Source of the DNA: a virus
DNA length: 12,079 nucleotides
Virus genome (UHGV): UHGV-0141735
Direction: 5' to 3' (one strand)
Made by a program: the position numbers and the translations under genes. Every line of letters begins with the position of its first letter. The stretch's first letter is position 1. Shown piece after piece: positions 1 through 9,287 of this stretch. The notes beneath the pieces are model-generated. The model was given only the letters and a program-made list of their open reading frames with translations. It ran no database searches and was not told the origin of the DNA.

Positions 1-49
1 TTTGGTCGTTTTAGGCGTTTTTAATGCTCTGCCGCCAAAGTGTCGCCAC

Positions 50-1285
50 TTACGTGTGCAGTGTATGTTCGATTTTTTGATGTTTGAATAACCGATCAAC
101 CAATAATTCAAGTTTGTGAAAATCTGTAAGAGGATATAGCTTCACGATGTCTTCCTCAAAATTCGCTATACCTGATAATTTTTCTTTTTTTCGTAAGTAA
201 TCGATGGCAATTCTTTGTTCATTCGATATCTCAAACTGATTTTGATAATCTAAGGTTTTAAGTACTTGCCAAGACATAGGGGCTGTAAATTCGAAGTAAG
301 AAGCTAGTTTTGGACAAAAATCATATTGAATAGATTGCTTATAGGTTGCTTTAGGTGGTAATACAACATTAACAGAATATTTACTGCTCCTAGAATTCGG
401 CATTTTTGTAGAGTAATATGCTATCCCCGCTATTGGTGATTTAACCCGACGACCGATCCACTGCATTAATAAATTTGGGATTATATATTCAGGTGTGAAT
501 GATGAATTTTCTACGCGTTTTAAATAATTGCAAGCGATTAGTAATGGCCAGAATATCAAGTATGATGCTTTTGTTCTGTTTTCATCATATATTTTATTTT
601 CATCAACAGTTTTTTTAATTGGAAGTGAAAGGTGAGGAGAAGCAAAATTTAAAATTGTTGAATTTACATCGTTTGTAACGAAGGATGATATATATAATTT
701 ATCAAAATCTGGCTTTCCCATCTCTTGCCAACATACGTACAAGGATGTACCGAGATATAAGCAGGGTTGGCCTGCGACTGAATATCTTTGAGCATTCACT
801 AAATGTCTTTTTGAAAACGGAATATGAAATATTTGGTTGTGCTCAATCAAAGGGGTTTCTGATTTTCTGACCCGATAAAGTGGCTTTTCCTTATTGCAAA
901 AATCTTTTAGCAAGATACTAATTCGATTTAGTTGGGCTATTGTTGCCTCCTTTGACATAATGTCATCGAAAATGTCATATGCTTTTTTAATATCTCCAGA
1001 CAAAAACTCCTCTAGAGTTTTTTGTATGCACTTATGAATATTTGCAACTCGTCCTTTTAGAACTCTAAGTTCCCTACCGCATCCATTCATGTCTGCTTTT
1101 ATTGATTCATCAATTAAAGTCATATAAATTTTACATCGATTAGAAAAATCACTGGCTATATCGCCTTTAATGTTGAATGGTGGATTTAATTCTTCATGGC
1201 TCAATAGTCGCTCAAGAAAGTGATCAATCCAGAGTGCATTTTTCTTTTCTGATTCTAATTGAGTACTGGATTTTTTTTCGTCCAT
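50..1285 (-). CDS. Hypothetical AT-rich cargo protein (411 aa) with a central RES-like (Arg-Glu-Ser, NAD+-targeting toxin-type) region; function unproven
   Basis: Intact 411-codon ORF. Its ATG (1283-1285 on the minus strand) lies 4 nt downstream of the int stop, same orientation. Sample 60-nt lines count about 27-30% GC by hand, against about 60% in a gpA line. Motifs LYRVRK, then QRYSVAGQPCLYLGTSLYVCWQE, then AYYSTK...SVNVVLPP resemble the RES-domain core pattern (R ... G.P.LY.s.s...A..E ... S). Pattern-level only. Confidence 0.6.
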   Translation of the reverse strand: MDEKKSSTQLESEKKNALWIDHFLERLLSHEELNPPFNIKGDIASDFSNRCKIYMTLIDESIKADMNGCGRELRVLKGRVANIHKCIQKTLEEFLSGDIKKAYDIFDDIMSKEATIAQLNRISILLKDFCNKEKPLYRVRKSETPLIEHNQIFHIPFSKRHLVNAQRYSVAGQPCLYLGTSLYVCWQEMGKPDFDKLYISSFVTNDVNSTILNFASPHLSLPIKKTVDENKIYDENRTKASYLIFWPLLIACNYLKRVENSSFTPEYIIPNLLMQWIGRRVKSPIAGIAYYSTKMPNSRSSKYSVNVVLPPKATYKQSIQYDFCPKLASYFEFTAPMSWQVLKTLDYQNQFEISNEQRIAIDYLRKKEKLSGIANFEEDIVKLYPLTDFHKLELLVDRLFKHQKIEHTLHT

Positions 1286-1289
1286 GTTT

Positions 1290-2306
1290 TCACTCTATAT
1301 AGTTTAAAGGATTTTTAGTTACCGCATCCTCCAGATGATCTGGAGAAAAGTGCGCATAAATCATGGTCATTTTTATATCGGCATGGCCTAAAATTTCTTT
1401 AAGCACAAGTATGTTTCCTCCGTTCATCATAAAATGGCTGGCGAATGTATGACGTAATACATGGGTGCATTGACCCTCAGGAAGCTCAATATCGGCCCGC
1501 TTTACTGCACGCTCAAAGGCTTTTCTGCATGGTGAGAATAACTTCCCTCGATTTTTAGGAAGTTCGTTGTACAGATCCTGAGATATTGGCACGGTACGGT
1601 TTTTCTTGCCCTTCGTCTTGGTATAAGTGATGCGGTATTTGGATAATTGATGGCCCTGCAGATTTTCTGCTTCACTCCACCGTGCGCCAGTAGCTAGGCA
1701 TATTTTTGCAATCATTAGTAAGCTAGGGCTTTGAGATTCAGCACATGCCGCCAACAGGCGCTTGATTTCGTCCGTGGAAAGAAAAGCCAGCTCACCTTCG
1801 GCAATTTTGAAGGTCGGAAGTCCTGCCAGCGGGTTTGGTGCTGACCAGTGTCCTAGTTTTTTTAATGTACCGAACACCGATGATAGATTGCGCTGTTCAA
1901 GGTTTACCGTGCGGGGCTTAACGGGCGACATAAGCGTGCCATCTTCATTTCGTATTTCACCTTTTAACCGTGCTTCGCGGTATTTCGTAAAGTCTCCGGC
2001 TGTCAGTTCTGAGGCGATGGGGTCGCCTAGGCCATTACAGATAATTCTAAGTTTCGCCATGAGGCGCTTGGGGTCTGCGAGTGTCTGACCATACAGGGAA
2101 TACCAAAGCTCAATTAATTCTGATAGGCGTCGCCGATCATCCTTTTCACCCAACCACGGTTTTTTATTCACTTCTTCCATTGTGAAGCTTTCAAACGCAA
2201 TGGCTTCGCCTTTCGTGGCAAATTGCTTACGCACGCGCTTGCCATTGCGTCCATTGGGATAGCACTCGCACAACCATTTTCCGTTCGGCTGTTTTCTGAT
2301 GGTCAT
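1290..2306 (-). CDS. int: Tyrosine recombinase / phage integrase, P2/186 Int family
   Basis: 338 aa. C-terminal catalytic signature HVLRHTFASHFMMNGGNILVLKEILGHADIKMTMIYAHF (HxxR ... Y nucleophile), an upstream TGARWSEA box, and N-terminal GRNGKRVRKQF...AFE typical of P2-type Int. Its start is 1 nt from the repressor stop, the C-int operon layout. Confidence 0.95.
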   Translation of the reverse strand: MTIRKQPNGKWLCECYPNGRNGKRVRKQFATKGEAIAFESFTMEEVNKKPWLGEKDDRRRLSELIELWYSLYGQTLADPKRLMAKLRIICNGLGDPIASELTAGDFTKYREARLKGEIRNEDGTLMSPVKPRTVNLEQRNLSSVFGTLKKLGHWSAPNPLAGLPTFKIAEGELAFLSTDEIKRLLAACAESQSPSLLMIAKICLATGARWSEAENLQGHQLSKYRITYTKTKGKKNRTVPISQDLYNELPKNRGKLFSPCRKAFERAVKRADIELPEGQCTHVLRHTFASHFMMNGGNILVLKEILGHADIKMTMIYAHFSPDHLEDAVTKNPLNYIE

Positions 2307-2307
2307 A

Positions 2308-2940
2308 TCAAAGGCTCTTAATGATTTTCAGTGCGCGGCCTACTACCTCAATGTCATCCAGACCGCACTCAAACGATGAATCATCCTGATGCACTACTAA
2401 TTTGTTTCCCGGGAGTCGTGTCAATTTAACAATGCTTTTTATCCCGTCGATGTCCACTAACCACATACCATTTACTGGTGGTGTTTGGTTGCGATCTATT
2501 AAATAAGAATCACCAGAAGTAGTCACCAGCAGCAGGTTGCTTGAATCTGAGGGGAGTATGCTGCTATCAATGATTGCTTTTCCCGCATCGATCAATAAAC
2601 CACCGTTGAGAGTCGCCTTGTCAATTTCAGGAGATACTAGTTCAGAAAGAGGTACAACCTTGCTGGAGTTCACGGAATTGATATTTTTTTTAGGTTCAAT
2701 GTTTGGACCTGGCTCCCCCTGTCCGGTGGTTAGCCACAGTAAAGAAACTCCTGTTTCCAAGGCGCACTGAATCACCCACTCTGCAGGAAAACTATCTCTT
2801 AAGTATCTGTTTGCCATGGTGCTTTTTGATGCGCCTAAGTGATCGCAAAGTTGCTGTCTGGACTTGAAATCATAGGCTGCCATTAGTCTATGGATAGCCT
2901 CTCTTCCCCCTGTATTCTCTCCAACCTTTACCTGTATCAT
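2308..2940 (-). CDS. cI: Phage CI-type immunity repressor (N-terminal HTH, C-terminal oligomerisation/regulatory domain)
   Basis: 210 aa. Transcribed leftward from the early control region directly into int. N-terminus (RLMAAYDFKSRQQLCDHLGASKSTMANRYLR) looks like a phage CI-repressor HTH. The position matches 186 cI / P2 C. Confidence 0.8.
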   Translation of the reverse strand: MIQVKVGENTGGREAIHRLMAAYDFKSRQQLCDHLGASKSTMANRYLRDSFPAEWVIQCALETGVSLLWLTTGQGEPGPNIEPKKNINSVNSSKVVPLSELVSPEIDKATLNGGLLIDAGKAIIDSSILPSDSSNLLLVTTSGDSYLIDRNQTPPVNGMWLVDIDGIKSIVKLTRLPGNKLVVHQDDSSFECGLDDIEVVGRALKIIKSL

Positions 2941-2952
2941 TTTTTAATCCTG

Positions 2953-2981
2953 TTGACGTATCAAATATTGGATCGTAGTAT
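2953..2981 (+). promoter_or_regulatory. Candidate rightward early (lytic) promoter: -35 TTGACG (2953-2958), 17-bp spacer, -10 TAGTAT (2976-2981)
   Basis: Sigma70-like hexamers with 17-bp spacing, about 80 bp upstream of the first rightward gene (3060) and just upstream of the repressor start. Position is equivalent to pR/Pe of 186/P2. Confidence 0.45.
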
Positions 2982-3000
2982 CTCGATGTATCAAATATTG
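2958..3000. promoter_or_regulatory. Two identical 13-bp direct repeats GTATCAAATATTG (2958-2970 and 2988-3000) flanking the candidate -10; putative repressor operators
   Basis: Exact 13-bp direct repeat, 30 bp centre to centre, bracketing the -10 hexamer. P2-type C repressors are known to bind direct repeats flanking the early promoter -10. Confidence 0.45.
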
Positions 3001-3059
3001 AATCAAGTAAAACGAGATAAAACGACGTAAACCAAACCTTAATCGGGAGATACTGCACT

Positions 3060-3302
3060 ATGAGCACTGATATTTCAATTCGTGTACCAAAAGAGATGGC
3101 TACGCCTGCAGAGTTCGCGGAATGGGAAGGTATCTCCCGCGGCTCTGTGTATCAAAAAATTCACCATGGTCAGCTTGCTAAATACATGGTCAAGAAAGAA
3201 AAAAACAAAGGCCGCGTAAGCCTGCGTTATTTAATGTACAAAACCGATCAGGTCCGTGAATCCCTCGGTCATTCCAACTTCCGCGTCATTGTTGGTAAGT
3301 AA
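3060..3302 (+). CDS. Small DNA-binding regulator, Apl/Cox-like (excisionase / early-switch protein) by position
   Basis: 80 aa, first gene of the rightward operon opposite the repressor, as apl in 186 and cox in P2. Basic C-terminus, possible HTH (GISRGSVYQKIHHGQ). Positional inference. Confidence 0.55.
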   Translation: MSTDISIRVPKEMATPAEFAEWEGISRGSVYQKIHHGQLAKYMVKKEKNKGRVSLRYLMYKTDQVRESLGHSNFRVIVGK

Positions 3303-3334
3303 GTTCAATTATGAGAACTTTCTAAGGGGGTAGC

Positions 3335-3844
3335 ATGTTTGATTATAAGATTTCCAAACACCCGCATTTTGATGAAGCCTGTAGAGCTTTTGCACTTCGT
3401 CACAATATGGCGAAGCTGGCAGAACGTGCAGGAATGAATGTCCAGACTCTGCGAAACAAACTCAACCCAGATCAACCGCATCAGCTCAATGCGCCAGATA
3501 TCTGGCTACTTACCGATCTGACGGAAGATTCAACGCTGGTAGACGGTTTTCTGGCACAGATTCACTGCCTGCCATGTGTACCGATTAATGAGGTGGCAAA
3601 AGAGAAACTGCCACATTACGTCATGAGTGCAACCGCAGAGATCGGGCGTGTTGCTGCAGGTGCGGTATCTGGCGATGTAAAAACCAGTGCAGGTCGTCGT
3701 GATGCTATCAGCAGCATTAACTCTGTTACACGACTGATGGCGTTAGCTGCTGTTTCATTGCAGGCCCGTTTACAGGTTAATCCTGCGATGGCAAGTGCAG
3801 TTGATACTGTAACTGGCCTCGGTGCTTCATTCGGTTTGCTGTGA
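3335..3844 (+). CDS. cII: CII-like transcriptional activator (186 CII family)
   Basis: 169 aa. Strong RBS (AAGGGGG) 6 nt upstream. HTH-like segment NMAKLAERAGMNVQTLRNKLN. Position (second gene of early operon) and length match 186 CII as recalled from memory. Confidence 0.65.
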   Translation: MFDYKISKHPHFDEACRAFALRHNMAKLAERAGMNVQTLRNKLNPDQPHQLNAPDIWLLTDLTEDSTLVDGFLAQIHCLPCVPINEVAKEKLPHYVMSATAEIGRVAAGAVSGDVKTSAGRRDAISSINSVTRLMALAAVSLQARLQVNPAMASAVDTVTGLGASFGLL

Positions 3845-3851
3845 GGTGCTT

Positions 3852-4052
3852 ATGCTGACGAAAGAACCATCATTTGCATCGCTGCTGGTAAAACAAAGTC
3901 CGGCAATGCACTACGGTCACGGCTGGATCATGGGTGAGGATGGTAAACGCTGGCATCCGTGCCGTTCACAAGATGAATTGCTGGCAGAACTATCTACGAA
4001 AAAACGGGGGAACAAATGGCTATTGAAGGCGCTGCGGCGACTGTTCCATTAA
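3852..4052 (+). CDS. Small early protein of unknown function (positional equivalent of 186 fil / P2 orf78)
   Basis: ATG at 3852 preceded by GAGG 5 nt upstream, 8 nt after the cII stop. The longer ORF-track version starts at a GTG inside cII and is less likely. Confidence 0.45.
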   Translation: MLTKEPSFASLLVKQSPAMHYGHGWIMGEDGKRWHPCRSQDELLAELSTKKRGNKWLLKALRRLFH

Positions 4053-4357
4053 GCCCCGGTGAACGCCTGAATGGACTTAATCACATAGCGGAATTAAGGG
4101 CGAAAGTTTTTGGCCTGAATATTGAGTCAGAGCTTGAGCGGTTTATTAAAGATATGCGTGATCCACGGGATATCAATAACGAACAAAATAAACGAGCACT
4201 GGCAGCCATATTCTTTATGGCAAAAATTCCGGCTGAACGTCATAGCATCAGCATCAATGAGCTGACCACTGACGAAAAGCGGGAGTTGATTAAAGCAATG
4301 AATCATTTTCGTGCAGTGGTGAGCTTATTTCCCAGACGGCTAACCATGCCGAATTAA
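4016..4357 (+). CDS. Hypothetical early protein (113 aa)
   Basis: ORF with GGGGGA RBS 4 nt upstream of ATG 4016. Overlaps the previous small ORF by 37 nt. No recognisable motifs. Confidence 0.45.
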   Translation: MAIEGAAATVPLSPGERLNGLNHIAELRAKVFGLNIESELERFIKDMRDPRDINNEQNKRALAAIFFMAKIPAERHSISINELTTDEKRELIKAMNHFRAVVSLFPRRLTMPN

Positions 4358-4424
4358 CCAACTAATGAAATTAATGGCGTAAACCCGCCGGGCATCCCTT
4401 TATCTAAATTCAGGAGAATTGATT

Positions 4425-4658
4425 ATGCGTAATATTGAAATCCTCACGACTAAAACCGGACCGGATGATGCTGGGCTTAATATTTTACTGACAGAGGCTC
4501 GTCTGGAAGAACGCCGGGCAAGGGCTGAAGCAATGGCAGCTCGCCTTGATAGCCTGGCGTGTCATATCTCATCCCGTCAGCTAAACCACGTGGAAGCGGC
4601 AGAACTGCTGCGTGTGACTGCTGAAGCAATCCAGAACGAAGCGCAGGAGATCCACTAA
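4425..4658 (+). CDS. Hypothetical early protein (77 aa, Arg/Ala/Glu-rich, likely coiled coil)
   Basis: AGGAG RBS 8 nt upstream of ATG 4425. Its stop overlaps the start of the next gene (TAATG). Confidence 0.5.
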   Translation: MRNIEILTTKTGPDDAGLNILLTEARLEERRARAEAMAARLDSLACHISSRQLNHVEAAELLRVTAEAIQNEAQEIH

Positions 4659-4885
4659 TGGCTGATGCAATGGATCTCGTACAGCAGCGCGTTGAAGAAG
4701 AACGCCAGCGCCATATCCGTGCTGCCCGTGCCAAAACACCGGGCGTGTCTCGCGTGCTTTGCATTGAGTGTGAAGCGCCAATTCCGCCAGCACGCCGCCG
4801 TGCCATTCCGGGTGTGCAGCTTTGCATTACCTGCCAGGAAATTGCAGAGCTGAAAGGCAAACATTACAACGGAGGTGCTGTATGA
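4658..4885 (+). CDS. TraR/DksA-family C4 zinc-finger protein
   Basis: 75 aa with CIECEAPIPPARRRAIPGVQLCITCQ (CxxC-x17-CxxC), as in TraR/DksA-like small proteins common in P2-like early operons. Start and stop are overlap-coupled with neighbours. Confidence 0.75.
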   Translation: MADAMDLVQQRVEEERQRHIRAARAKTPGVSRVLCIECEAPIPPARRRAIPGVQLCITCQEIAELKGKHYNGGAV

Positions 4886-5736
4886 GCACCATCCTGAAAT
4901 GGGCGGGAAATAAAACCGCCATTATGTCCGAACTGAAAAAACACCTTCCTGCTGGCCCGCGACTGGTTGAACCTTTCGCGGGTTCCTGTGCAGTGATGAT
5001 GGAGACGGATTACCCCAGCTATCTGGTTGCGGATATTAATCCTGATTTAATCAACCTCTATAAAAAGGTTGCCGCTGATTGTGAATCGTTTATATCTCGC
5101 GCCAGAGTTTTATTTGAGAACGCAAACAGGGAGATGGATTATTACAACATAAGGCAGGAGTTTAATTACTCAACTGAAATTACTGATTTCATGAAAGCGG
5201 TATATTTCCTGTATCTCAATCGTCACGGTTACCGTGGTTTATGCCGCTATAACAAGAGCGGGCATTTCAACATTCCCTACGGTAATTATAAAAATCCGTA
5301 TTTCCCTGAAAAAGAAATTCGCGCATTTGCAGAAAAAGCCCAGCGGGCAACGTTTATCTGCGCCAGCTTTGATGAAACGCTGGCGATGTTGAAAGCGGGG
5401 GATGTGGTGTATTGCGATCCGCCGTATGACGGTACGTTTTCCGGCTATCACACTGATGGTTTCACTGAAGATGACCAGTATCACCTGGCATCCGTTCTTG
5501 AACATCGAGCATCTGAAGGACATCCGGTCATTGTTTCTAACAGTGACACGTCTTTGACCCGGTCTCTTTATCGTAATTTCACTCACCACTACATCAGGGC
5601 GAAACGCAGCATCGGCGTTGCAGCGGGGGAGGGAAAATTTGCAACAGAGATGATTGCCACTAAATCTGCTAATTGGTTTAGTGCCGATTTTAGTAGGGGA
5701 CGTGACTCTACTGTTATTTTCGGGGTGCAAGTGTGA
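4882..5736 (+). CDS. dam: DNA adenine methyltransferase (Dam family, GATC N6-adenine MTase)
   Basis: N-terminal LKWAGNK...LVEPFAGS (AdoMet-binding motif), [19 protein letters not shown], and catalytic VYCDPPY; near-collinear with E. coli Dam. True start is ATG 4882 (GGAGGTG RBS, ATGA overlap with upstream stop), not the longer 4822 ORF. Confidence 0.95.
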   Translation: MSTILKWAGNKTAIMSELKKHLPAGPRLVEPFAGSCAVMMETDYPSYLVADINPDLINLYKKVAADCESFISRARVLFENANREMDYYNIRQEFNYSTEITDFMKAVYFLYLNRHGYRGLCRYNKSGHFNIPYGNYKNPYFPEKEIRAFAEKAQRATFICASFDETLAMLKAGDVVYCDPPYDGTFSGYHTDGFTEDDQYHLASVLEHRASEGHPVIVSNSDTSLTRSLYRNFTHHYIRAKRSIGVAAGEGKFATEMIATKSANWFSADFSRGRDSTVIFGVQV

Positions 5737-6563
5737 AAGAAATGCACCACGGAATTCATCATTTCCATGGGACGCCTGTCTGGGGAAGTGCTGGCGACGT
5801 TCATCGTATTGCGGTGAGCGGAGCTGGTGCTTTCGTCTCCTATGTACGACCAGATCAGATTGCGGCGTCCATTCAGCACGCTCAGGTCGTCGGCATTGAT
5901 AACGGCGCATTTTCTGCATGGGTGCGTGGGCTAAAAATTAACTGGAGTGATTTTTATAAATGGCTCCTGAACTATTACCACCATCCTAAGGTCGCTTTTT
6001 TTGTCATTCCTGATGTTGTGGACGGAGGTGAACGTGACAATGATGCCCTGATAAACGAAGTTCCGAAAATGTTCTACGGGAAGGCAACTCCCGTCTGGCA
6101 TCTGCACGAGTCAATCGATCGGCTTATCGAGCTATGTCGTGAATGGCCTCGTGTCTGCTTTGGATCGTCTGGTGAATATGCGGCTATTAGAACTGCGCAC
6201 TGGCATCGTCGTATGCAGGACGCTTTTGAAGCAATTTATTGCCGACACAATTTCAAAACAGCTGTTCATGGTTTGCGCATGCTTGACGGTCGTGTGTTGG
6301 GAAATTACCCACTGGCGACTGCCGACAGTACAAATCTTGCCTGCAATGTCCCCAAATTTAATAGCAAATATCCTGAGCTTACGCGGGCTATTCAGGAGGC
6401 TGAGTATTCGCGCAATCTGACGGAAAAGGAGCTGAAAGCTGTCATTCTGAAAAACCGTTGCGCAATTTTAAAAGGTGCAATTGAAGCTGTTCGCCCACCT
6501 TCAGTTTCTGACTGGCTGTCGAATGGTTTGCAGCCTTCACAGCTCGAACTGGAGATTGCGTAA
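5733..6563 (+). CDS. Conserved hypothetical protein (276 aa); possible TGT/DpdA-like DNA-modification enzyme (speculative)
   Basis: Start (GTG 5733 or ATG 5742) overlaps the dam stop and its stop overlaps the gpA start (TAATG), so it is translationally coupled inside the early operon. [12 protein letters not shown] resembles the DSGGFQ catalytic-Asp motif of tRNA-guanine transglycosylase-fold proteins, but the Cys/His zinc site is not evident. Confidence 0.6.
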   Translation: MKEMHHGIHHFHGTPVWGSAGDVHRIAVSGAGAFVSYVRPDQIAASIQHAQVVGIDNGAFSAWVRGLKINWSDFYKWLLNYYHHPKVAFFVIPDVVDGGERDNDALINEVPKMFYGKATPVWHLHESIDRLIELCREWPRVCFGSSGEYAAIRTAHWHRRMQDAFEAIYCRHNFKTAVHGLRMLDGRVLGNYPLATADSTNLACNVPKFNSKYPELTRAIQEAEYSRNLTEKELKAVILKNRCAILKGAIEAVRPPSVSDWLSNGLQPSQLELEIA

Positions 6564-8935
6564 TGAACTACAGCTATTCCTGGAATGCTGAGAAAAAAGC
6601 AATCAATCCTTACGTAGAGACAGAAGAGCAATCTTCAGTTTCTGCGCTTTCAAACCTGATCACTCTGTACGCTGTCGATAACGAGCAGGAACAACTGCGT
6701 CGCGAGGCACTGAGTGATCAGGTCTGGGAGCGTTATTTCTTTAATGAATCCCGTGATCCTGTCCAACGCGAAATGGAGCAGGATAAGCTCATTAGTCGGG
6801 CAAAGCTGGCGCATGAGCAGCAGCGTTTTAATCCGGATATGGTCATTCTGGCGGACGTCAACGCCCAGCCTTCCCATATCAGCAAGCCGCTGATGCAACG
6901 TATTGAATACTTCAGCAGCCTGGGCAGGCCAAAGGCTTATTCCCGCTATTTGCGTGAGACGATTAAGCCATGTCTGGAACGGCTGGAGCATGTACGCGAC
7001 AGTCAGCTATCCACTTCTTTTCGCTTTATTGCGAGCCATGAAGGGCTGGACGGCCTGCTGATCCTGCCTGAAATGAGTCAGGATCAGGTGAAACGCCTGT
7101 CCACCCTGGTAGCTGCGCATATGAGCATGTGCCTTGATGCCGCTTGTGGTGATTTGTACGCCACCGATGATGTTAAGCCAGAAGAAATCCGCAAGACATG
7201 GGAAAAGGTGGCAGCGGAAACCCTGCGTCTGGATGTCATCCCGCCTGCGTTTGAGCAACTCCGCCGGAAAAGAAACCGCCGTAAACCCGTGCCCTATGAA
7301 CTCATTCCGGGTTCGCTGGCGCGTATGTTGTGCGCTGACTGGTGGTACCGGAAATTATGGAAGATGCGTTGCGAATGGCGGGAAGAGCAGTTGCGTGCTG
7401 TCTGCCTTGTCAGCAAAAAAGCATCTCCCTATGTCAGCTATGAAGCCGTGATGCATAAACGTGAGCAGCGCCGTAAGTCGCTGGAGTTTTTCCGTTCTCA
7501 TGAACTGGTGAACGAAGACGGCGACACGCTGGACATGGAGGATGTGGTAAACGCCAGCAGCAGCAACCCTGCGCATCGCCGCAATGAGATGATGGCCTGT
7601 GTTAAAGGTCTGGAGCTTATCGCGGAAATGCGTGGCGACTGCGCCGTTTTCTACACCATCACCTGTCCGTCACGTTTCCATTCCACGCTAAATAACGGCA
7701 GGCCCAACCCGACCTGGACAAATGCGACGGTAAGACAAAGCAGTGATTATCTGGTCGGCATGTTTGCTGCATTTCGTAAGGCGATGCACAAAGCCGGATT
7801 GCGCTGGTATGGCGTGCGGGTGGCTGAGCCGCATCATGACGGCACAGTTCACTGGCACCTGTTGTGTTTTATGCGCAAAAAAGACCGCCGCGCCATTACT
7901 GCTTTGTTGCGTAAGTTTGCCATTCGTGAAGACTGCGAGGAGCTGGGTAATAACACGGGGCCACGCTTTAAGTCTGAGCTGATAAACCCGCGCAAAGGAA
8001 CGCCGACAAGCTACATCGCGAAATATATCAGCAAGAACATTGACGGGCGTGGTCTGGCTGGCGAGATCAGCAAGGAAACGGGTAAATCTCTGCGTGATAA
8101 CGCTGAATACGTGAATGCCTGGGCGTCTTTGCATCGTGTTCAGCAATTCCGCTTCTTTGGTATTCCGGGACGTCAGGCTTACCGTGAACTTCGCTTGCTG
8201 GCTGGTCAGGCGGCAAGGCAACAGGGTGACAAAAAAGCAGGTGCGCCGGTACTGGATAACCCGCGTCTTGATGCCATTCTGGCTGCTGCTGATGCTGGTT
8301 GTTTTGCCACCTACATCATGAAGCAGGGCGGCGTACTGGTTCCCCGTAAATATCACCTCATCAGAACCGCTTATGAAATCAACGAAGAGCCGACCGCCTA
8401 TGGCGATCACGGTATTCGTATTTATGGCATCTGGTCACCCATTGCAGAGGGCAAGATCTGCACTCATGCAGTGAAGTGGAAAATGGTTCGTAAAGCCGTT
8501 GACGTTCAGGAGGCGGCAGCCGACCAGGGCGCTTGCGCCCCTTGGACTCGTGGCAATAACTGTCCCTTTGCTGAAAATTTGAACCAACAGGAGAAAGATA
8601 AATCAGCTGATGGGGACCCCAGAACGGACATTACCAGCATGGATGACAAGGAGTTGCACGATTACCTGCACAGTATGAGCAAAAAAGAGCGCCGGGAACT
8701 GGCAGCAAGGTTACGCCTGGTGAAACCGAAACGGCGTAAAGACTACAAACAGCGAATTACAGACCATCAGCGACTGCAGCTCGTGTATGAGCTGAAGTCC
8801 AGAGGATTTGATGGCAGCGAGAAAGAGGTCGATTTACTCCTTCGCGGAGGCAGTATTCCGTCAGGAGCAGGCCTGCGTATCTTCTATCGGAACCAGCGTT
8901 TGCAGGAAGATGATCAGTGGCGGAACCTGTATTAA
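6563..8935 (+). CDS. A: Rolling-circle replication initiator endonuclease (P2 gpA family, HUH relaxase-type)
   Basis: 790 aa. HUH motif VHWHLLCF and paired catalytic tyrosines YIAKYISK (YxxKY) in the expected order and spacing. Size and position match P2/186 gene A. Confidence 0.9.
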   Translation: MNYSYSWNAEKKAINPYVETEEQSSVSALSNLITLYAVDNEQEQLRREALSDQVWERYFFNESRDPVQREMEQDKLISRAKLAHEQQRFNPDMVILADVNAQPSHISKPLMQRIEYFSSLGRPKAYSRYLRETIKPCLERLEHVRDSQLSTSFRFIASHEGLDGLLILPEMSQDQVKRLSTLVAAHMSMCLDAACGDLYATDDVKPEEIRKTWEKVAAETLRLDVIPPAFEQLRRKRNRRKPVPYELIPGSLARMLCADWWYRKLWKMRCEWREEQLRAVCLVSKKASPYVSYEAVMHKREQRRKSLEFFRSHELVNEDGDTLDMEDVVNASSSNPAHRRNEMMACVKGLELIAEMRGDCAVFYTITCPSRFHSTLNNGRPNPTWTNATVRQSSDYLVGMFAAFRKAMHKAGLRWYGVRVAEPHHDGTVHWHLLCFMRKKDRRAITALLRKFAIREDCEELGNNTGPRFKSELINPRKGTPTSYIAKYISKNIDGRGLAGEISKETGKSLRDNAEYVNAWASLHRVQQFRFFGIPGRQAYRELRLLAGQAARQQGDKKAGAPVLDNPRLDAILAAADAGCFATYIMKQGGVLVPRKYHLIRTAYEINEEPTAYGDHGIRIYGIWSPIAEGKICTHAVKWKMVRKAVDVQEAAADQGACAPWTRGNNCPFAENLNQQEKDKSADGDPRTDITSMDDKELHDYLHSMSKKERRELAARLRLVKPKRRKDYKQRITDHQRLQLVYELKSRGFDGSEKEVDLLLRGGSIPSGAGLRIFYRNQRLQEDDQWRNLY

Positions 8936-9029
8936 TTACGCGGGTTAACAATTCGTGCTCTTAATAATACCAGGCATATCAGGCTGATGAACGTAAAAAA
9001 ACGTTTTACATCAGTAAGATTATTATATA

Positions 9030-9045
9030 CTGTAAATATAAACAG
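9030..9045. promoter_or_regulatory. LexA (SOS) box CTGTAAATATAAACAG
   Basis: Perfect CTGT-N8-ACAG palindrome, AT-rich centre, flanks TA...TG (tactgtaaatataaacagtg), about 44 bp upstream of ATG 9089. Confidence 0.55.
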
Positions 9046-9088
9046 TGGTTATACATACAGTATTGCGTGTGGTGTCATAGGAGGAAAG

Positions 9089-9277
9089 ATGCAGGACTAT
9101 TTTTTGGAGTCTTTGAAGCTCCAGCGCATTGATTTTTTTCTTAAGCTTGTAGCGGCTAGTGAGTGTAGTGATGAAGAGAAGGGGCTGGCTCTGCAGTGGG
9201 TTTCTGAATTGACTGATGAACTCATGGCAAAAATCAGAACCCACGAATACAACCGCTCAATGGATGTCATCAGCTGA
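9089..9277 (+). CDS. Small hypothetical protein (62 aa), first gene of the SOS-controlled module
   Basis: ATG 9089 with AGGAGG 4-5 nt upstream, downstream of the LexA box. The longer 8987 start would place the LexA box inside the coding region, so the short form is preferred. Confidence 0.4.
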   Translation: MQDYFLESLKLQRIDFFLKLVAASECSDEEKGLALQWVSELTDELMAKIRTHEYNRSMDVIS

Positions 9278-9287
9278 GGTGACTTTT

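Noticed and set aside
1-49. Possible attL or tRNA fragment at the left edge, and attR after ogr (11521-11546)
   Set aside because: No tRNA-like T-arm/acceptor sequence and no recognisable P2 core attachment sequence was found; the element boundaries cannot be set from this window.
4477-4864. Minus-strand ORFs (127, 70, 69 aa) across the small early genes
   Set aside because: Antisense to a tightly coupled operon of plus-strand genes; Arg/Ser-rich translations typical of the reverse frame.
4822-4881. N-terminal extension of the Dam ORF (start at 4822)
   Set aside because: Homology to Dam begins at [11 protein letters not shown] (ATG 4882), which has a GGAGG RBS and an ATGA overlap with the upstream gene; the extension would overlap the TraR-like gene.
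5239-5919. 226-aa minus-strand ORF overlapping dam and the following gene
   Set aside because: Antisense to Dam, whose catalytic motifs are unambiguous; translation is low-complexity and Arg/Cys-rich.
7688-8410. 240-aa minus-strand ORF inside gpA, along with the other antisense ORFs in gpA (7007-7258, 7355-7576, 6650-6991)
   Set aside because: Entirely embedded antisense to a strongly supported replication gene with clear HUH and Tyr motifs; typical spurious open frames in GC-richer coding DNA with no start context.
8987-9088. Longer form of the small ORF starting at ATG 8987
   Set aside because: It would place the LexA box and likely promoter inside the coding sequence; the internal ATG 9089 has a proper AGGAGG RBS.
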